Source: Gracilinanus agilis
Taxonomy: Eukaryota
Direction of reading: 5' to 3'
Assembly: GCF_016433145.1 (NCBI RefSeq)
Contig: NC_058131.1
Location: 556,490,736 to 556,554,735 of the forward strand
DNA: 64,000 nucleotides
Below, piece by piece: positions 11,877 through 25,127 of this stretch (position 1 is its first letter; the number at the start of each line of letters is the position of its first letter). Below the pieces are notes generated by a model. That model was not told the origin of the DNA, did no database searches, and saw only the letters and a program-made list of their open reading frames with translations. The position numbers were made by a program, and so were the translations under genes.

Positions 11877-13342
11877 AACACATTGTCTTTTAAAAAGAAC
11901 ATAGAATAATAGAGGAAACACTGAATTTAGAGATAGAAGACCTGAGTATTCTTATTTACTAACATTAACCTCATAGACAGGAAATATAGGGAAATTATAG
12001 AAATAGGTGTGTCTCAGTTTAAAATAACCATATTCTTGTCTGTTGCTCTAATCACCAGGTACTCTTTTATCGACTATGTTTAGGACTTGAAATAGTATTG
12101 TTTCTTAGCCTCTCTTTGGGATTAGAAAATAACTTAGTCTAAGCTGCAAGAGCTCAAATTATTGGTGAGGCATTCAGGCACTGGGTATGGCCCATGACAC
12201 ATGTGCCAAATAACTTTTAACAGATAAGAGTGCTTCTCATGATACTCCATTTTATGGCATTTATGTAACTTCAAATTTGCTGTGGATCATAGAACTAGAG
12301 AACAGAGATTGGGACACCAAAGATCAATGATGGAAACTGGTAATGGAGTGTGGACAAAGAGTAAAGACATTTGAAAATATGCCTGAAAAATCTTTACAAA
12401 ATATGGACATTCTAGAATATACTAGTTGACAAACCTTAATTAAACAACAATAATAAAAAACATTTGGAGGCCAGTAAGATATAAGAAATAATGGCAGAAC
12501 AGAACCCTGGTCAGTGGTGAAAAGATTTTTTTTTCAATCCTGCCTCTGTAGTCCCTTAACCCTTCAACTCTAAGCAATTCTCTAAGACTCTGAGTATTCA
12601 TTGGTGTAAAGTGTTTGCATATTGTGAGTAGCCACCCTTAGAAATCCTAGATCTAGAACTAGAAGAGATACCAGAGGCTAACTAGTGCAATTACTACATT
12701 TTATAGATGAAAAAAAAAAGCAGGCTTAAATAATCAAATAATAATCAATAAAAAATAATCAAACAAATAGTAAGGGCTGGACATGTGAAAGATGATATCC
12801 CATCTAGACAAAACACCAGATAAAGTCACTCTCAACCTGACATTTCAAATAGCCCTTTAATGTGGACAAAGCACAACAATCTTGAGAAGGAGGTCTTTGG
12901 AAAGCAGTGTGATACAGTGGAAGTACGCCATTTCAAATCTTGCCTCTGCCATTTACCTGTGTATATTTAGGAAAGTCATTTAACATTTCTGGCTATCAGT
13001 TTCCCCTACAATAAAATGAGGGAATTGGATAGAATGTTATTAAAGGTCCTTTCCATCTCAATTCTATAAATATTATCATACCAAATTTATGGAAGAGGAA
13101 ATGGAAGTTCAAGAGGTACTTCCCTTCTCATCCTCCCTAGTCTACTTATGTTGGTATTCTCTCAGTGAGAATTACCCTGACAACCAAGAGGAAGAAAATG
13201 ACCAGGTTTGGGCTCTGGGTGCATGTTGCAGTCCAATCATGTCTTTCCCCTTAAAATGACATCAATTTCTGCAAGACTGAAGAAGGGAACCAGGTGGCTG
13301 TTCTTTGCCTAGAGAAGATCACCTATTGGGTCAGAAACATAC

Positions 13343-13824
13343 TGTTGCTAAAGGGAAAGGAGAAGGATCATGGGTGCAACACTTGAGAGAAGAATGACAG
13401 TTTATTGGGCCAGGTTGTCACTTTAATTTACTCAGGTTGAGCATTGGCTTCAGCGTGATGTGGATGCCTCATTTACTCTGGCACCCCCTTGGAAATAAAA
13501 TGAGAAGAGGAAGTGCATACTTGCAGCTTTCCACAATGCAATCTCGGTTTGATGGCTTTTTGGAAAGCCCACTGGTGTTAGCTGCTTTTGAAATGTTTCT
13601 GAGAGTGACAGGGTCTGGGTTGGAGGCATCCTTCCTGCCACCCTTTATCCTTTTCTTGCCTATATCTCAACTCTGGAACCTCAAAGATCACCTGTGGCAT
13701 ATTGGGACAGTGAGAGAAACATGATTTGATAAATTATTCTTGGGGTTCCAGGAAGAAAAGCCCTTTTGGTGAAGTCAGCTTTCACTGGAGAACCTCTTGG
13801 CCATCTGGTTTTGTTATCTTCCCA
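13343..13824 (-). mobile_element. Probable solo LTR (ERV-type), about 480 bp
   Basis: TG...CA ends, candidate 5-bp TSD catac/cataa, and minus-strand AATAAA (13401-13406) about 60 nt from the 3' end. Confidence 0.5.
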
Positions 13825-15036
13825 CATAATTTACTATGTCTTATATTCAATCATCATGTTATTTATAGGTGCTGTACTTCCATGATGTGGGAAACTGATG
13901 CTGCAAATGAACAGTAATATAATTATTCTCAGTTATAAATTAGGAGTCTGAAGAGGAATTCTGGGTAAAGGAAACTGAAAATGAAGCAAATTATGAAGGA
14001 ATTTGCATGATTTTCATGCTACCTGCAAATCTAACTTCGCTCTTATTGGGGAGATAAATATGGCATTGTACATTTCCTTTTTAAAGCACTGATGTTACAC
14101 TTAATGAACATTCTACACGGCATGGATTCAGAGTGGCACATTATTTTCCCTTTTTAAATTTTACATTTCTTTTTTCCAATGTACTATAGCACTCTGAGGG
14201 GTTAATACAACAAACAACTTAGAGCCCTAAGATAAATATTATTTTATTTCTGTTAAACTGAATTTCTTTAAAAAAAAGGCATCACATAATTAATGAGTAT
14301 TCAAATTTGGAAGCAAATTAGGTTTCCTGGCTATAGATTCAGCACTATTTTCACTCTACTACATTGCCACCTTGTTCATTACCTGTAACTATTACTGATG
14401 TCTGTCCCCTTCTGTTACCAGGCATATGGTTCAGAGGGATCTGACATTTGTTACCAGCTGCCAGCAGTGCCACTCTGAAGTCACTAGAGAGGAATTCCAA
14501 GGGCATGCATGGTCACAGAGGTGTAAGATTGTCGGATGAGGTCTCTCCTGCTGCGAGAAAGTTAGAGAACTTTGGACCCAGAAGAAGCCTCAGAGATCAG
14601 CTGGTCCACTTCACAAATAAGAAGAGTGACATTAATCATAACTAACATCTCCAAAGAGGACAGAGCCTGTCAAAAACTGAGTTTTTCTAAGGATGAAAGC
14701 TACAGTCTCAGCCCCTGCAATGTGAATGTGTCTTCTTTTCTCCCTTCCTATTTTGTGCCCACTCGTTTATATTCTTTTCATTCCAAGGACCCTTTGACTC
14801 AATTCTTGTCCTCCTTCCTGATTCACTCCTTGTGGAGATAGATATGTTATATGCAGAGACAGATTTGTAAGCCCCTATAGATCCAATAGAACTAATTCCT
14901 GTAATTTGGTCCCAAGGGTGGTTGGACAAACTCCAAGTCCATTATCTCCAGATCTACTTCCAGTACAGAAGCTGCTCTTCTGCTCTGGATAAATCAAGGA
15001 ATAATGGTGATGATGGTCTTGGAGAGGAAAATCTGT

Positions 15037-15201
15037 GGCAGTTAGGTGGTTCAGTGGATAGAGAGCCAGGGCGAGAGACAGTAGGTCCTGGGTTCAAATG
15101 TTACTTTGGTCAAGTCTTGTAACCCAAATTGCCTAAACTTTATTACTCTTCTGCCTTTAAACCAAAGCCTAGTATTGATTCTAAGGTAAGAGTTTAAAAA
15201 A
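15037..15201 (+). mobile_element. Older SINE1/SINE2_Mdo-type SINE; further plus-strand copies at about 16036-16215, 19304-19490, 30766-30963 and 60152-60331
   Basis: ggcagttaggtggttcagtggatagagagccagg...ggtcctgggttcaaat head and gtattgattctaag...aaaa tail. Confidence 0.8.
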
Positions 15202-16711
15202 TGGTGCCAATTTTGCCATCATCCCCCTTTTTTTTTCTTGTAACAAGCCCTTGGAGTCAGAGACAGAAGATCTGAGTTCAAAGCCTAACTCAAATTCTGT
15301 ATAGTTATGTATTTATTTCCCTGAACCTCAATTTCCTTACTGGTTAAGCTGGGGGAAAATAATACAAAGTTCTTGTGGAGAAATTGCTTTGTAAACATCA
15401 AAGCTCTATATAAATATGAGATACAGGGTTTTCTTCTATAATCACTGTCACTCCACCCCAGGATGCAATTACTCCTTTCTTTTTATTTCTACATATTTTT
15501 CTTCCTTCTCACTCCATTCTTTATCCCCCAACTTTCTGAGTTCTTTCTCCCTTCTTTTCCTTAAATACCTTTTGCATTGATATCTCAGTTAAAGTCATCT
15601 TTCTTCTCATTCACTTTACAGTAATTTCCCCCCACTTTTGTTTTTTAGTCTTTGCCAGATATGCAATAGGTGAATCAGAGAAAATTTTGTCCCACTGAAA
15701 TAGTCTTGAGATTTAAAAAGTTTAAGAAATGCCCTTCTCTACTCTACTTAGCTCTTAAAGCACCCCATTCTTAATCTCACTGAATGTCAGCTTTTCCTTA
15801 CATATAAAATAGAGTCTATTATATATATGTGTGTGTGTGTGTGTATACACACTATTTTTTACAAGTGGATTTTGGGAAGTTCAAATGAAATGATGTGTCT
15901 AATATCATTTAATAATGATATCTCTCCTCTCCATTTTCATCTCAAATATTCTAATAACCTTTTTTCCCTTCACAAAAAATAATGAAGGGTAGCACCTCAT
16001 GTTAATCATGCACTTTTTAACAATAAGTGTACATGGGACAGCTGGGTGACTCAGTAGATAGAGAACCAGGCCAGGAGATATAAGGTCCTATGTTCAAATA
16101 TGACCTTAATATGATCCTGAACTTAACCCCAATTGCCTAGCCCTTATATCTCTTCTGCCTTGCAACAAATACTTAGCATTATTCCCAAGATGAAGGTAGA
16201 GGTTTAAAAAAAAGTATAACATGCTACTTCTCTCCGAAGGATTTACATTTGGTGTCTTTTCTTTAATTGTATGAGGAAAGATTTTGATCCCCATGAAAGA
16301 AATCCTGTGCACTTGGATATGATGTAGATACTTGACAGAGGTAGTCATACCTGGAAGGAACCTTAAAATAACATCTCATTTTTAGTAACTGATTTAACCA
16401 TTCATAAGACTTTCCCTGAAATAACTCTGGCTTCCATTCTAAAACCCTAAGTTTGTGAATATCCCTTCATATAGTCCTTTTTAGTCTAACCATTTCTCTT
16501 ACTTACTATTCCTTTCTCCCAGTTATGTTTTCCTAGGGATAACCAGATATTTCCCACCTCTTTAAGTCTCCTGCTCTCTTCATATAGAAAATATATTCAG
16601 TCCAGCTTTGAAGACATGGCAGTGTCACCATACTGATCACCCATGAGTTTGCTTTCAAATATTTATCTTCCTTTAGTGCTTCTCCTTAGACTCCTAAATC
16701 CACCCTACTTA

Positions 16712-16836
16712 CTTGTGACGTGATGGAAAATATGCTTTAGGTATTTGGCAATAACTCCACCCTGAAGAATATTTGCAGTGGGAGTTATTAGAATGGCAAT
16801 TTGAACTCCACTAGGCAAAGACCTAGGCCAGATTTT
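16712..16836 (-). promoter_or_regulatory. Candidate 5' non-coding exon/proximal promoter of OR4N-A (paralogue of 26479-26603)
   Basis: 95 of 125 positions identical to 26479-26603 with no gaps; the block ends at a GTAAGT donor (16712-16707, minus). Confidence 0.45.
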
Positions 16837-17399
16837 CATAAGAATTTATTATGATACCTTATAGTATCCCACTGAGTTATTCTTTTTTTTCACATTCAAT
16901 ATTTTATCGATGCCTAGAACATTGATATGATTCAAGCATCCTTATTTAACTTGGAAATGACAACGTATTGATTAAAGTTCCTAAATACTTTGAAGTTTTA
17001 AAAAATTGAATTATGTTTAAGAAAAAATCGTTTACAATAGTATGTCATAAAAATGCTCTTCTGCAGTCAAGAAAGAAATAAAACACACAGACTGTCAAGA
17101 GAGATGCACATAAATACATAGAAATATGTTAGAGAAAAATAGATACATGATCTCTGAGAAGCATTTCATCTCCATGAGTTTCAAATTCTTCATCTACAAA
17201 ATAGAGATAGCAGAGATAAAGGTATAATTATTACCATTTTATAGATGAGGAAACTGAGGATCACAGAAGTTAAATGACTTGTCCATGGCCACATAACTAA
17301 TAAATATCAGAAGCAGAATTCAGAGTTCTTCGTCATATCAAGCCCAAACATCTACTCACTAAATCTTACCGAAAGAACTAACTAATATGATTAGTGAAC

Positions 17400-17640
17400 C
17401 ATTATCAGGATCTTCGGAAGATGATTGAGAATTAATTAGTACAAGATTCAAGAAGGGCAAATATTCTGATTTTCAAAACATAAAGTTTATATCCAGCTCA
17501 ATGAGTTACTTATCAAAACTCTAAAATGTTCTACTGAAGTAGTATTTACTGTGTTATAAGGGTTTTCTAACCCTTATTGATTATTGGGATAGTATAATAT
17601 TACAATATATTTGTCCTGTGTGGACATGCTGTTGTGTGAC
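17400..17640 (+). mobile_element. L3/CR1 LINE RT-region fragment
   Basis: gaagatgattgagaatt...agattcaagaagggcaaatattctgattttcaaaa resembles the marsupial L3 consensus as I recall it. Confidence 0.45.
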
Positions 17641-20600
17641 TGAGAAAAAAATGGCTTCTCAGAGCAGCCTAAGAATTCCAGCTCAGCCAGTTGTATAAAA
17701 AAATATTTTATTATAGGTAAAAAACAACAACTAATGAAAGGGATAGTAAAAGGAAAAAGTGGAAAAGAAATTCTTATAATGTATAAATCCCTAAGCTAAT
17801 AATTCTTACTCTAACCACCCAAAATCTGATCTGCAAAGATCTTCTCTTCCTCAAACAGAGTTGAGGCTACTTTCTCTTCCTATTTTATCTAAATCCCCCC
17901 AAACCTTAATCTATCTACCCTACTTTAAATTATACACAAGAGAAATAAGTTAGGTCTCTCTCTCTCTTCCTTGCTGTATAGATGAAGAAACAGCTTTGAA
18001 TCTCCACAGCCTTTCTCCATTTGCACAGCAAACCTGCTGGGCTTGTACAACAATCTACTTCACTTGTCAGGTCTTTTAAATGAATCTTTATATGTGAAAA
18101 ACACTGAGATTTTCCCAATCTCACTGAGCATCTCTTAGGACCTCCTTTCAGAACAGGTCATCCCAAAGAGTGAAAGTCAGTTGGGTAACTGTCTCTCAAA
18201 GCATTCTGGGAAAATTCTCTCTTATCCATAAATCCATCTGAGATTCCGTTCAGATTATTTCCTAATGAACTATTACTTAATTAATAAATAATTCTCTATA
18301 ACTGAAAATCTAGAAAAGGAAGCAGTGGTCACAAAGAATTAACATGGTCAGAAAAAACAATTTCTCACAGGATAAGCTTATTTCCTTCTTTCAATCGCTT
18401 TACAAAACTGGTAGATTAAGGGAATGCTGGAAGTCGTGTTTATTTAGAATTTTTTTTCAAAACCTACAATCTCTTATGCTATTCTTGTGCAAAAGGATTC
18501 TAAGATATGGAATATATCATGAAGCCCCTAAGAGAATACGGAATTGTTTGAATAACTGCACCCAAAGAATAGTCATTAGACAGGTCTATGAGTGTCTTCT
18601 CTGTTTTCCTCCTCTGTGGGAGAAAGATACAGCTCTTGATCATTTCAGTGGACATGGTTATGACTGACCATAAGACATACAAATTATAAATCCTTGGATT
18701 TTTTTCCCTCTCAACCTATAGTAGAAAGGAAGGTTTCTATATTCATCCATCTTCCTAACATATTTCTCAAGTACAATTTGAGGTTTTTGTTTTTAATGTA
18801 AAACTGTTCATGCCCAGGGGCAAATGATTTACCTTAACATGTACTGGGGAAACTGACTCTCCTTTTCTTTTCATAAAGGTGAAATCAAGAAGAGAGGGGT
18901 TTTGACTCCAACAGGAGTGATTGAAATTGGGGGAAACAATGAATGTCTAATTTTAATAGACTAGTCTGACCAAAACTGAATTCACCTCATTTGGAAATTT
19001 TTGAAAATATAAATGTTCTTTCAATCAGCCTCTGATACATTTGGTATATCACTATCTAGAGCTAAAGGTATGTACGAAATAAAATTTTCTGACCCAAGAT
19101 AAATGCTTCAATTCAACTCCCTTTCCTCACTTTCTCAGGTCCTATCAGCTTCAAGGACTCACAAAGAGAAATCCTAATTCTATTAAATTTCACTCTCTTT
19201 TGTTTAAATTTTTCATTGTTGATTTAAATATGAGCATACAGTATCATGAGTAGTTAAAAACAGGAAAAAGACAAACAAAAGCTCAGTTAAGAAAGTAATT
19301 CAGGAACAGCTAGGTTGCTCAGTGGATTGAGAGCCAGTCACAGAAAAGAGAGGTCCTGGGTTCGAATATGGCCTAAGATACTTCCTAGCTGTGTGACCTT
19401 GGTTAAGTCTTTCAACTCCATTTGCCTAACCCCTGCCACTCATCTGTTTTAGAATTAATTCTAAGACAGAAGATACTAAGAAGAAAAAGAGTAAGAAATT
19501 AAAAAATGAGTAAAATATTGACTATAATATCAGACAAGCATTTAGCACAGTGCCCAGCACAAAAAAAGTACTTAATAAATGTGGATTGATAATTGGTTTT
19601 CATTTGTTACAAATTAACATTCAATGGGTGAAGTTTCATTAAGAAATAATTATCTTATAAAAAGCAAAAAGCATCAATGAAAAATTAAAACATTTCTACA
19701 AAAAGTACTTATTGTATCTAAAATAATGCTATCATTTGTAGGTGAGGAACCTGAGACATAGAGTAGTTGCCTGATTTGACTTATTTCATCACATGGATAG
19801 CAAGTATTAGATCCAGGATTTGAATATAACTCTTCTGACCCCAGAGATGTTATTGTTCTTTCCAGTGTAAGCCACAGACCTCTAGCCATAGTGAGTTTAA
19901 TTTTATTTATTTTATATATAATTCATCTTGAATAAAAATCTGACTTAACATATGATGTTTATGACCTCATAACGCCCAGTTTATCCAAAATTCCAATTGC
20001 ACAAATTTAGGCACTGTGTAAACAATTAACAGGCACCATCTCATACCTGGTAGCAATAAGAGAATTATAGTCATGATGAGGAAGCAGAGTAAAAGAAGGA
20101 AGATAAGTAACATAATTCTTTTAAAGTTTTAAAATTGCATACATTGTCTTATTTGATCCTCAAAACAATTGCATGAGGCAGATGTTACTGGTTTTATCCT
20201 TATATTAAAGATGGGAAACTAAGGTTCACAGAAGCTTAATAACTTATCCATAGAGAGTAACATTAAGAAATAGGATTTGACTACAGGTAACTTGATGTCA
20301 TCTCCCACTATGTCATGTTACAATTTCAGTATGAATAAGGTAAAACTTTTAGCTCTGGTTTTAAGTCTCCTTAGAAATTATTACAGTTCCCTCCAAAACA
20401 TGGAGATGAGCTTATGTCATACTTATCAAACTGACCAGTTTTCTCTCTTCTTCCTTTCTCCAAGTCTTTGTAATTCTATCTTACTATTTTTTAATTCTAT
20501 CAAGTTAAGTCATTAATATGGCATTCTCCCAAGTATGCTCCAGTTTTTACAACCCTTTGTCTTCTCCCTGGATGATTAGGTTTTCTGCACCAAATTAAGA

Positions 20601-20660
20601 GAGAGTATAGTGGTAGTGAGTGAATCTCAGCTGGAGATATCCTGGGGAGGTGTCCATTCT

Positions 20661-21593
20661 TCATCCTCCTCCACAAAGGACCTGCCTCTTCACCAACTTC
20701 CTCATAGAAGACTTCACTTCCTGGTTTCTCAGGGTATAAATCACAGGATTCAGCAAAGGAAAGATGACAGTATGAAAGAGGGCAACCACTTTGTCTGCTG
20801 GGAAGGTCCTAAAAGGGCGAGTGTAAATAAAGATGGCAGGTCCAAACATCAGGAATACAATGATCACATGGGTGGTACAAGTGGACAAAGCCTTGCTCTT
20901 CCCCTCTGAAGAAGATCCTCTAACCCGGAAGAGGATGACTGCATAGGATGTCAGCAAACCCAGGAAGCATAGCAGGGTGAGCAGTCCACTATTGGATACC
21001 ATCAGAAGCTCTACCACAAAGGTGTCAGTGCAGGCCAGCTTGATGACCTGTGGGACATCACAGAAGAAGTTGTCCAGCTTATTTGGACCACAGAAAGGCA
21101 GGCGAACAATGAGAGCCACCTGCACAATGGAGTGGGCAAAACCCCCAACCCACAGGGCTAGCAACAGAGCATAGCAGACCCGGCGGTTCATGATGACTGA
21201 ATAGCGTAAAGGTTGGCAGATGGCAATATAGCGGTCAAAGGCCATCACAACAAGGAGGAACATCTCACCTACTCCAAGGAAATGTAAGAAGAAGAGCTGG
21301 GTGATGCACCCTTGATAGGAGATGCTTTTCTTCTCATACAAAAAATCTACCAGCATCTTTGGAGCTACAATAAAGGAATAAGAAGCATCCAAGAAAGCCA
21401 GATTGCCCAGGAAGAAATATAGAGGTGCTGTGAGAGCAGGATCTGATCTGATGGTGATGATGATGAGAAAGTTGCCAGGAAGTATAACCATATAGAATGA
21501 GAAAATCAATACAAAGACCAAGAGCTGAATCTCTTGAGACTGAGTTAGACCCAGAAGAATGAATTCAGTCACTGTGCTGTTCTCCGCCTCCAT
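20661..21593 (-). CDS. OR4N5: Olfactory receptor OR4N-like, copy B, 310 aa, intact (ATG at 21593; the track start at 21602 is a GTG)
   Basis: Same OR motifs as copy A; residues 47-309 are identical to copy A. The ATG lies 9 nt downstream of a splice acceptor, exactly as in copy A. Confidence 0.93.
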   Translation of the reverse strand: MEAENSTVTEFILLGLTQSQEIQLLVFVLIFSFYMVILPGNFLIIITIRSDPALTAPLYFFLGNLAFLDASYSFIVAPKMLVDFLYEKKSISYQGCITQLFFLHFLGVGEMFLLVVMAFDRYIAICQPLRYSVIMNRRVCYALLLALWVGGFAHSIVQVALIVRLPFCGPNKLDNFFCDVPQVIKLACTDTFVVELLMVSNSGLLTLLCFLGLLTSYAVILFRVRGSSSEGKSKALSTCTTHVIIVFLMFGPAIFIYTRPFRTFPADKVVALFHTVIFPLLNPVIYTLRNQEVKSSMRKLVKRQVLCGGG

Positions 21594-21602
21594 CTGCTTC
21601 AC

Positions 21603-21635
21603 CTGTAGAATATTGAGGAATAAAAAGTCATTATA
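21603..21635 (-). promoter_or_regulatory. Probable 3' splice acceptor of the OR4N-B coding exon
   Basis: Minus strand reads atgactttttattcctcaatattctacag|gtgaagcagATG, the same position as in copy A. Confidence 0.7.
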
Positions 21636-21837
21636 ATTAATTCAGACCCTTTCTTCCTTTTTTCTAATAATAAAAAGCTTTTTTAAATAAAAAGAAGCTT
21701 TTTTCTAATAATAAAAAAGATTTTAATGCCATTTATATTCTAGGTGTCAGATAGGAAGACTGTTTTACCACCCTAGTTCCCAAAACTTTACTTCTCAGAA
21801 GACAACTAGGAGCAATTTGTGAAGTTGTAGTTAGGCA

Positions 21838-22290
21838 GGTAGTCAATCAACATTTATTAGATAACTATTATATGCCAGGTCTTGTTCTCAAGAAGCTAAT
21901 AGGGAGATAACATGTAAACAAATAAGTACAAACAAGATATATACATAATAAAATAGAGACAATTTGCAGAGGGTAGACACTAGCATTAAAAAGGATCAGG
22001 AGAGGTGTTTTGTTTTCTTTTCTTTTGTTTTGTTTTGTTTTGTAGAAGATGAGACTTCAGCTAAAACTAAAGAAAGCCAGAAAATCTAGGATAAAAAGAA
22101 TGAGAGTTGTAGGCATGGGAGAACAGCAAGTGAAAAATACCCAGAGAAGGAAGATGGAGAGTCCATTGGGAAGGATGACAATGAGGTCAGTGGTACTGTT
22201 TTGAAAAGTAAATGGGAGAGTATAAGGAGTAGGAAGTCTGGAAAAGTAGGAAAAGACCAGTGGTATGAGGGTTTTAAAAGTTAAAGGATC
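21838..22290 (-). mobile_element. L2 LINE 3' fragment
   Basis: Begins with the L2 tail agtcaatcaacatttatt...tatgccagg followed by a purine-rich L2 body. Confidence 0.65.
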
Positions 22291-25127
22291 TTTAACCTAA
22301 GGGACAATTTTATTAATAGTAGTAGTAGTTATTGTTCTTGTTATCTTAAAGTTAACAAGATTGCATTTGTTTGCAAAGTGCTTCATAAGTATTATCTCAT
22401 TTCATCCTCACAACAACCCTGAGACATTATGTGTTGTTCGCCCCATTTATACCTAAAGAGACAGGCAGAGAGAGTGTATAAGTTTCTCATGCAAGGTCAC
22501 ACAGCTAGTGTTTGAGACTGAATTTGAACTGGCATCTTCCAGACTTCAAGCTTGACACTATCCCCTTCACCTCCTAGCTGCACCTGACAATTAGAATTGC
22601 CTAATTGTTCTGGTTTTTTTTTTTCAAGTCAATGCCTTTCCCTTCACTTGAAATCTTGTAGCAATAACTGAATACTTGCTTTTTGAAAATAGAGTAGGGA
22701 ATCCCTTAGAATATATGACTACTAATTACTTTTCAAACCCTGGCATTCAGTGATTATATGTATCTATTACCATTACGACCTATACTTTATCAGAATCTGC
22801 CTTTCTCTCTGTTCATCACTTCTTTTCATGAGCTACAAGTATTTCCTCGTCTTCCTCAACCTTGGACTTTGGGAAAGCCCATACTCTGGCATGGACACAC
22901 ACTAGAGCAAAAGCTTCCTGATCAATATTAAATTTGGCTTCTTTAATAAGGTCAGAGTTTTATTGGTTCATTTTATCTATGATTCATATGCCATACCTAC
23001 ATTCTGATTCTCTTACCAGTCTCAGTTTCCTAAATTTTATGTTTGGGTCTTTGATGCCCTATCTTGCCTTACTTTTTAATATATGTCTGGTCCCATTAGT
23101 TCCTAACCATCTGCCTAGACTTTTTGCTAACTGAGAAGATATAGATTCAAATTCAAAAAGTATTCGTATGATCTTAGACAATCATTTAATCTCTAGACTC
23201 AAATTTCCTCATATGTAAAATGAAATGGTTAGGATCTTGAAGGTCTCCTCCATCGCTAAATTCTATTTTCTTAAATCATCTTTTAATAATCATGTTCAAT
23301 AAAGAGGAAAGCATAAAGAAGATAAAAGTTTAAGATTCACCTCCACCATTACCATACTTCCACTAAGGGAATGTGACTTTGATCAAGTCACTTCTGTTCA
23401 AAAATTCTTCTCTTAGCTGGTCTACAGGCTAAAAATATGTAAGTACTGCTCTATCCTACATAATCTTTTTACTCTGTGCTAGTTTAAGTTTCTTTTAAAA
23501 TTTTTTAAATAGAAAGACAAAAAGCAGAAGAAAGGAAGGAAACTAAAAAAAAAAACACATCCTTGATCTATCTGAGCCTGAATTTCTTCATTTGTAAAAT
23601 GAGAATCTGTAAAATGCATATAATTCCTGCTTCACACAGTCAGTTGAAGGTTAAATGACTTGATAAATATATGCAGATTAATAACAGAAAGTCAAAATGT
23701 TTTCCCCCTTTTGGAACTTTTCTCAGAATAAAGGCTACTCTATTCTTCTAGTGTTAATATTTTTCAGTTTCACAAAGCAAGTGGCAAGAGAGACAGATAG
23801 AAAGAGGCAGAGAGAGTGTGAGGCAGACAGAAAGAAGAACAGAGAAAGTATTTAAGCACTGATTATGTGCCAGGCATGTGCTAGGGATACAAAACACAAG
23901 CAAATGAACAAAACAGTCACAGATATTGTGGAATTTACATTTTTGTGGAAGTCAACATAAAGTTCTCAAAGGATTGAGGAACAAGGAGAAAAGAAAATGC
24001 TAGCATATGGCCCTGATGAAGAGAAGGTCTATAACTATCTTGGAGACCAGGATACCTCAAGTTAAGGTGAAAAGTCACCTATCAGAACCAGAGCACCCAG
24101 GTATGAATCCAAGCTTCTAGTGGGGTAGGGATTGTCAGTCTGGGACCATGGAGATAGATGTCTCAATTTAAATTGACCACTATAACCTTAGCTGCTGCTC
24201 TAATTAATGACTAATTTTTTATATAGATAGTTTATAAGTATAGACAGTTATTATCCATTAAGTCTCTGTTATGGATTTAGAAAATAACTTTCCCACAAGA
24301 TGAGCCCAAGTCACTGAGGGATCAGCCAAACATTGGGTATGACCTTCACATATATTCCAAACAACCTTTTTTACTAGACAACAGTACTACTCATGTTATT
24401 CAATTTCATGACATATTTGTAGCTTTAAATGCAGCATTTTATAGGGTATAGGGAGAAAGAAGAAAATAAGATTTCAAAGGTCAACATTGGAAAATGGCAA
24501 TGAAATATGAAGAAAGGAGAGAGAAATTGAAAATAATTCCTGGGAAATTTTCAAAAATATTGGCATTCTAGAACATAATAGTTATGAAATCTTGGGAAAT
24601 AATAATGATAACCAACATTTTTGAGGCAGCATGGCATATTAAATCCAGACTGGTCTTGGAGTTAGTTCTCAAGCCCTATTATTCACATACTAATTGTGTG
24701 AACAAGTTACTAAACCTTTCTTTGCCTTAGGCAACTTTTTAAAACCATAAGTTAAAAAGAAGTTGATGATTTAAATTGGTAGAAGGAGTTTCCACACTAG
24801 GAATGTTTCTCATGTAAGTGTCATAGACCTAGAATTGAAAGGGATAATAAGATCATAAGTTTATAGTTGGCAAAGAATTTTTTGTTCTCTGTTATAATCC
24901 TCTTATTTTACAGGTCCTAAAATGTGGTCCAGAAAGATCAAATGACTTTGTCATGATTTCCTAGGCATGAGCAGAAGTGGATTTTGAAATCAGATCCTCT
25001 GAATGCAAAATTGATGTTCCACTTCACACTGTCTCTAGAATTGTTATAAGACCTTTGTTTCACTGGTGACAAAAATGAGACCAAAGGATTTTAACTGAAT
25101 TGGTCAAAGTCAAGGGGAAAAGAAAAA

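Noticed and set aside
21594-21602. N-terminal extension MKQ on OR4N-B in the ORF track
   Set aside because: The start is a GTG directly after the splice acceptor; copy A has the ATG at the equivalent downstream position.
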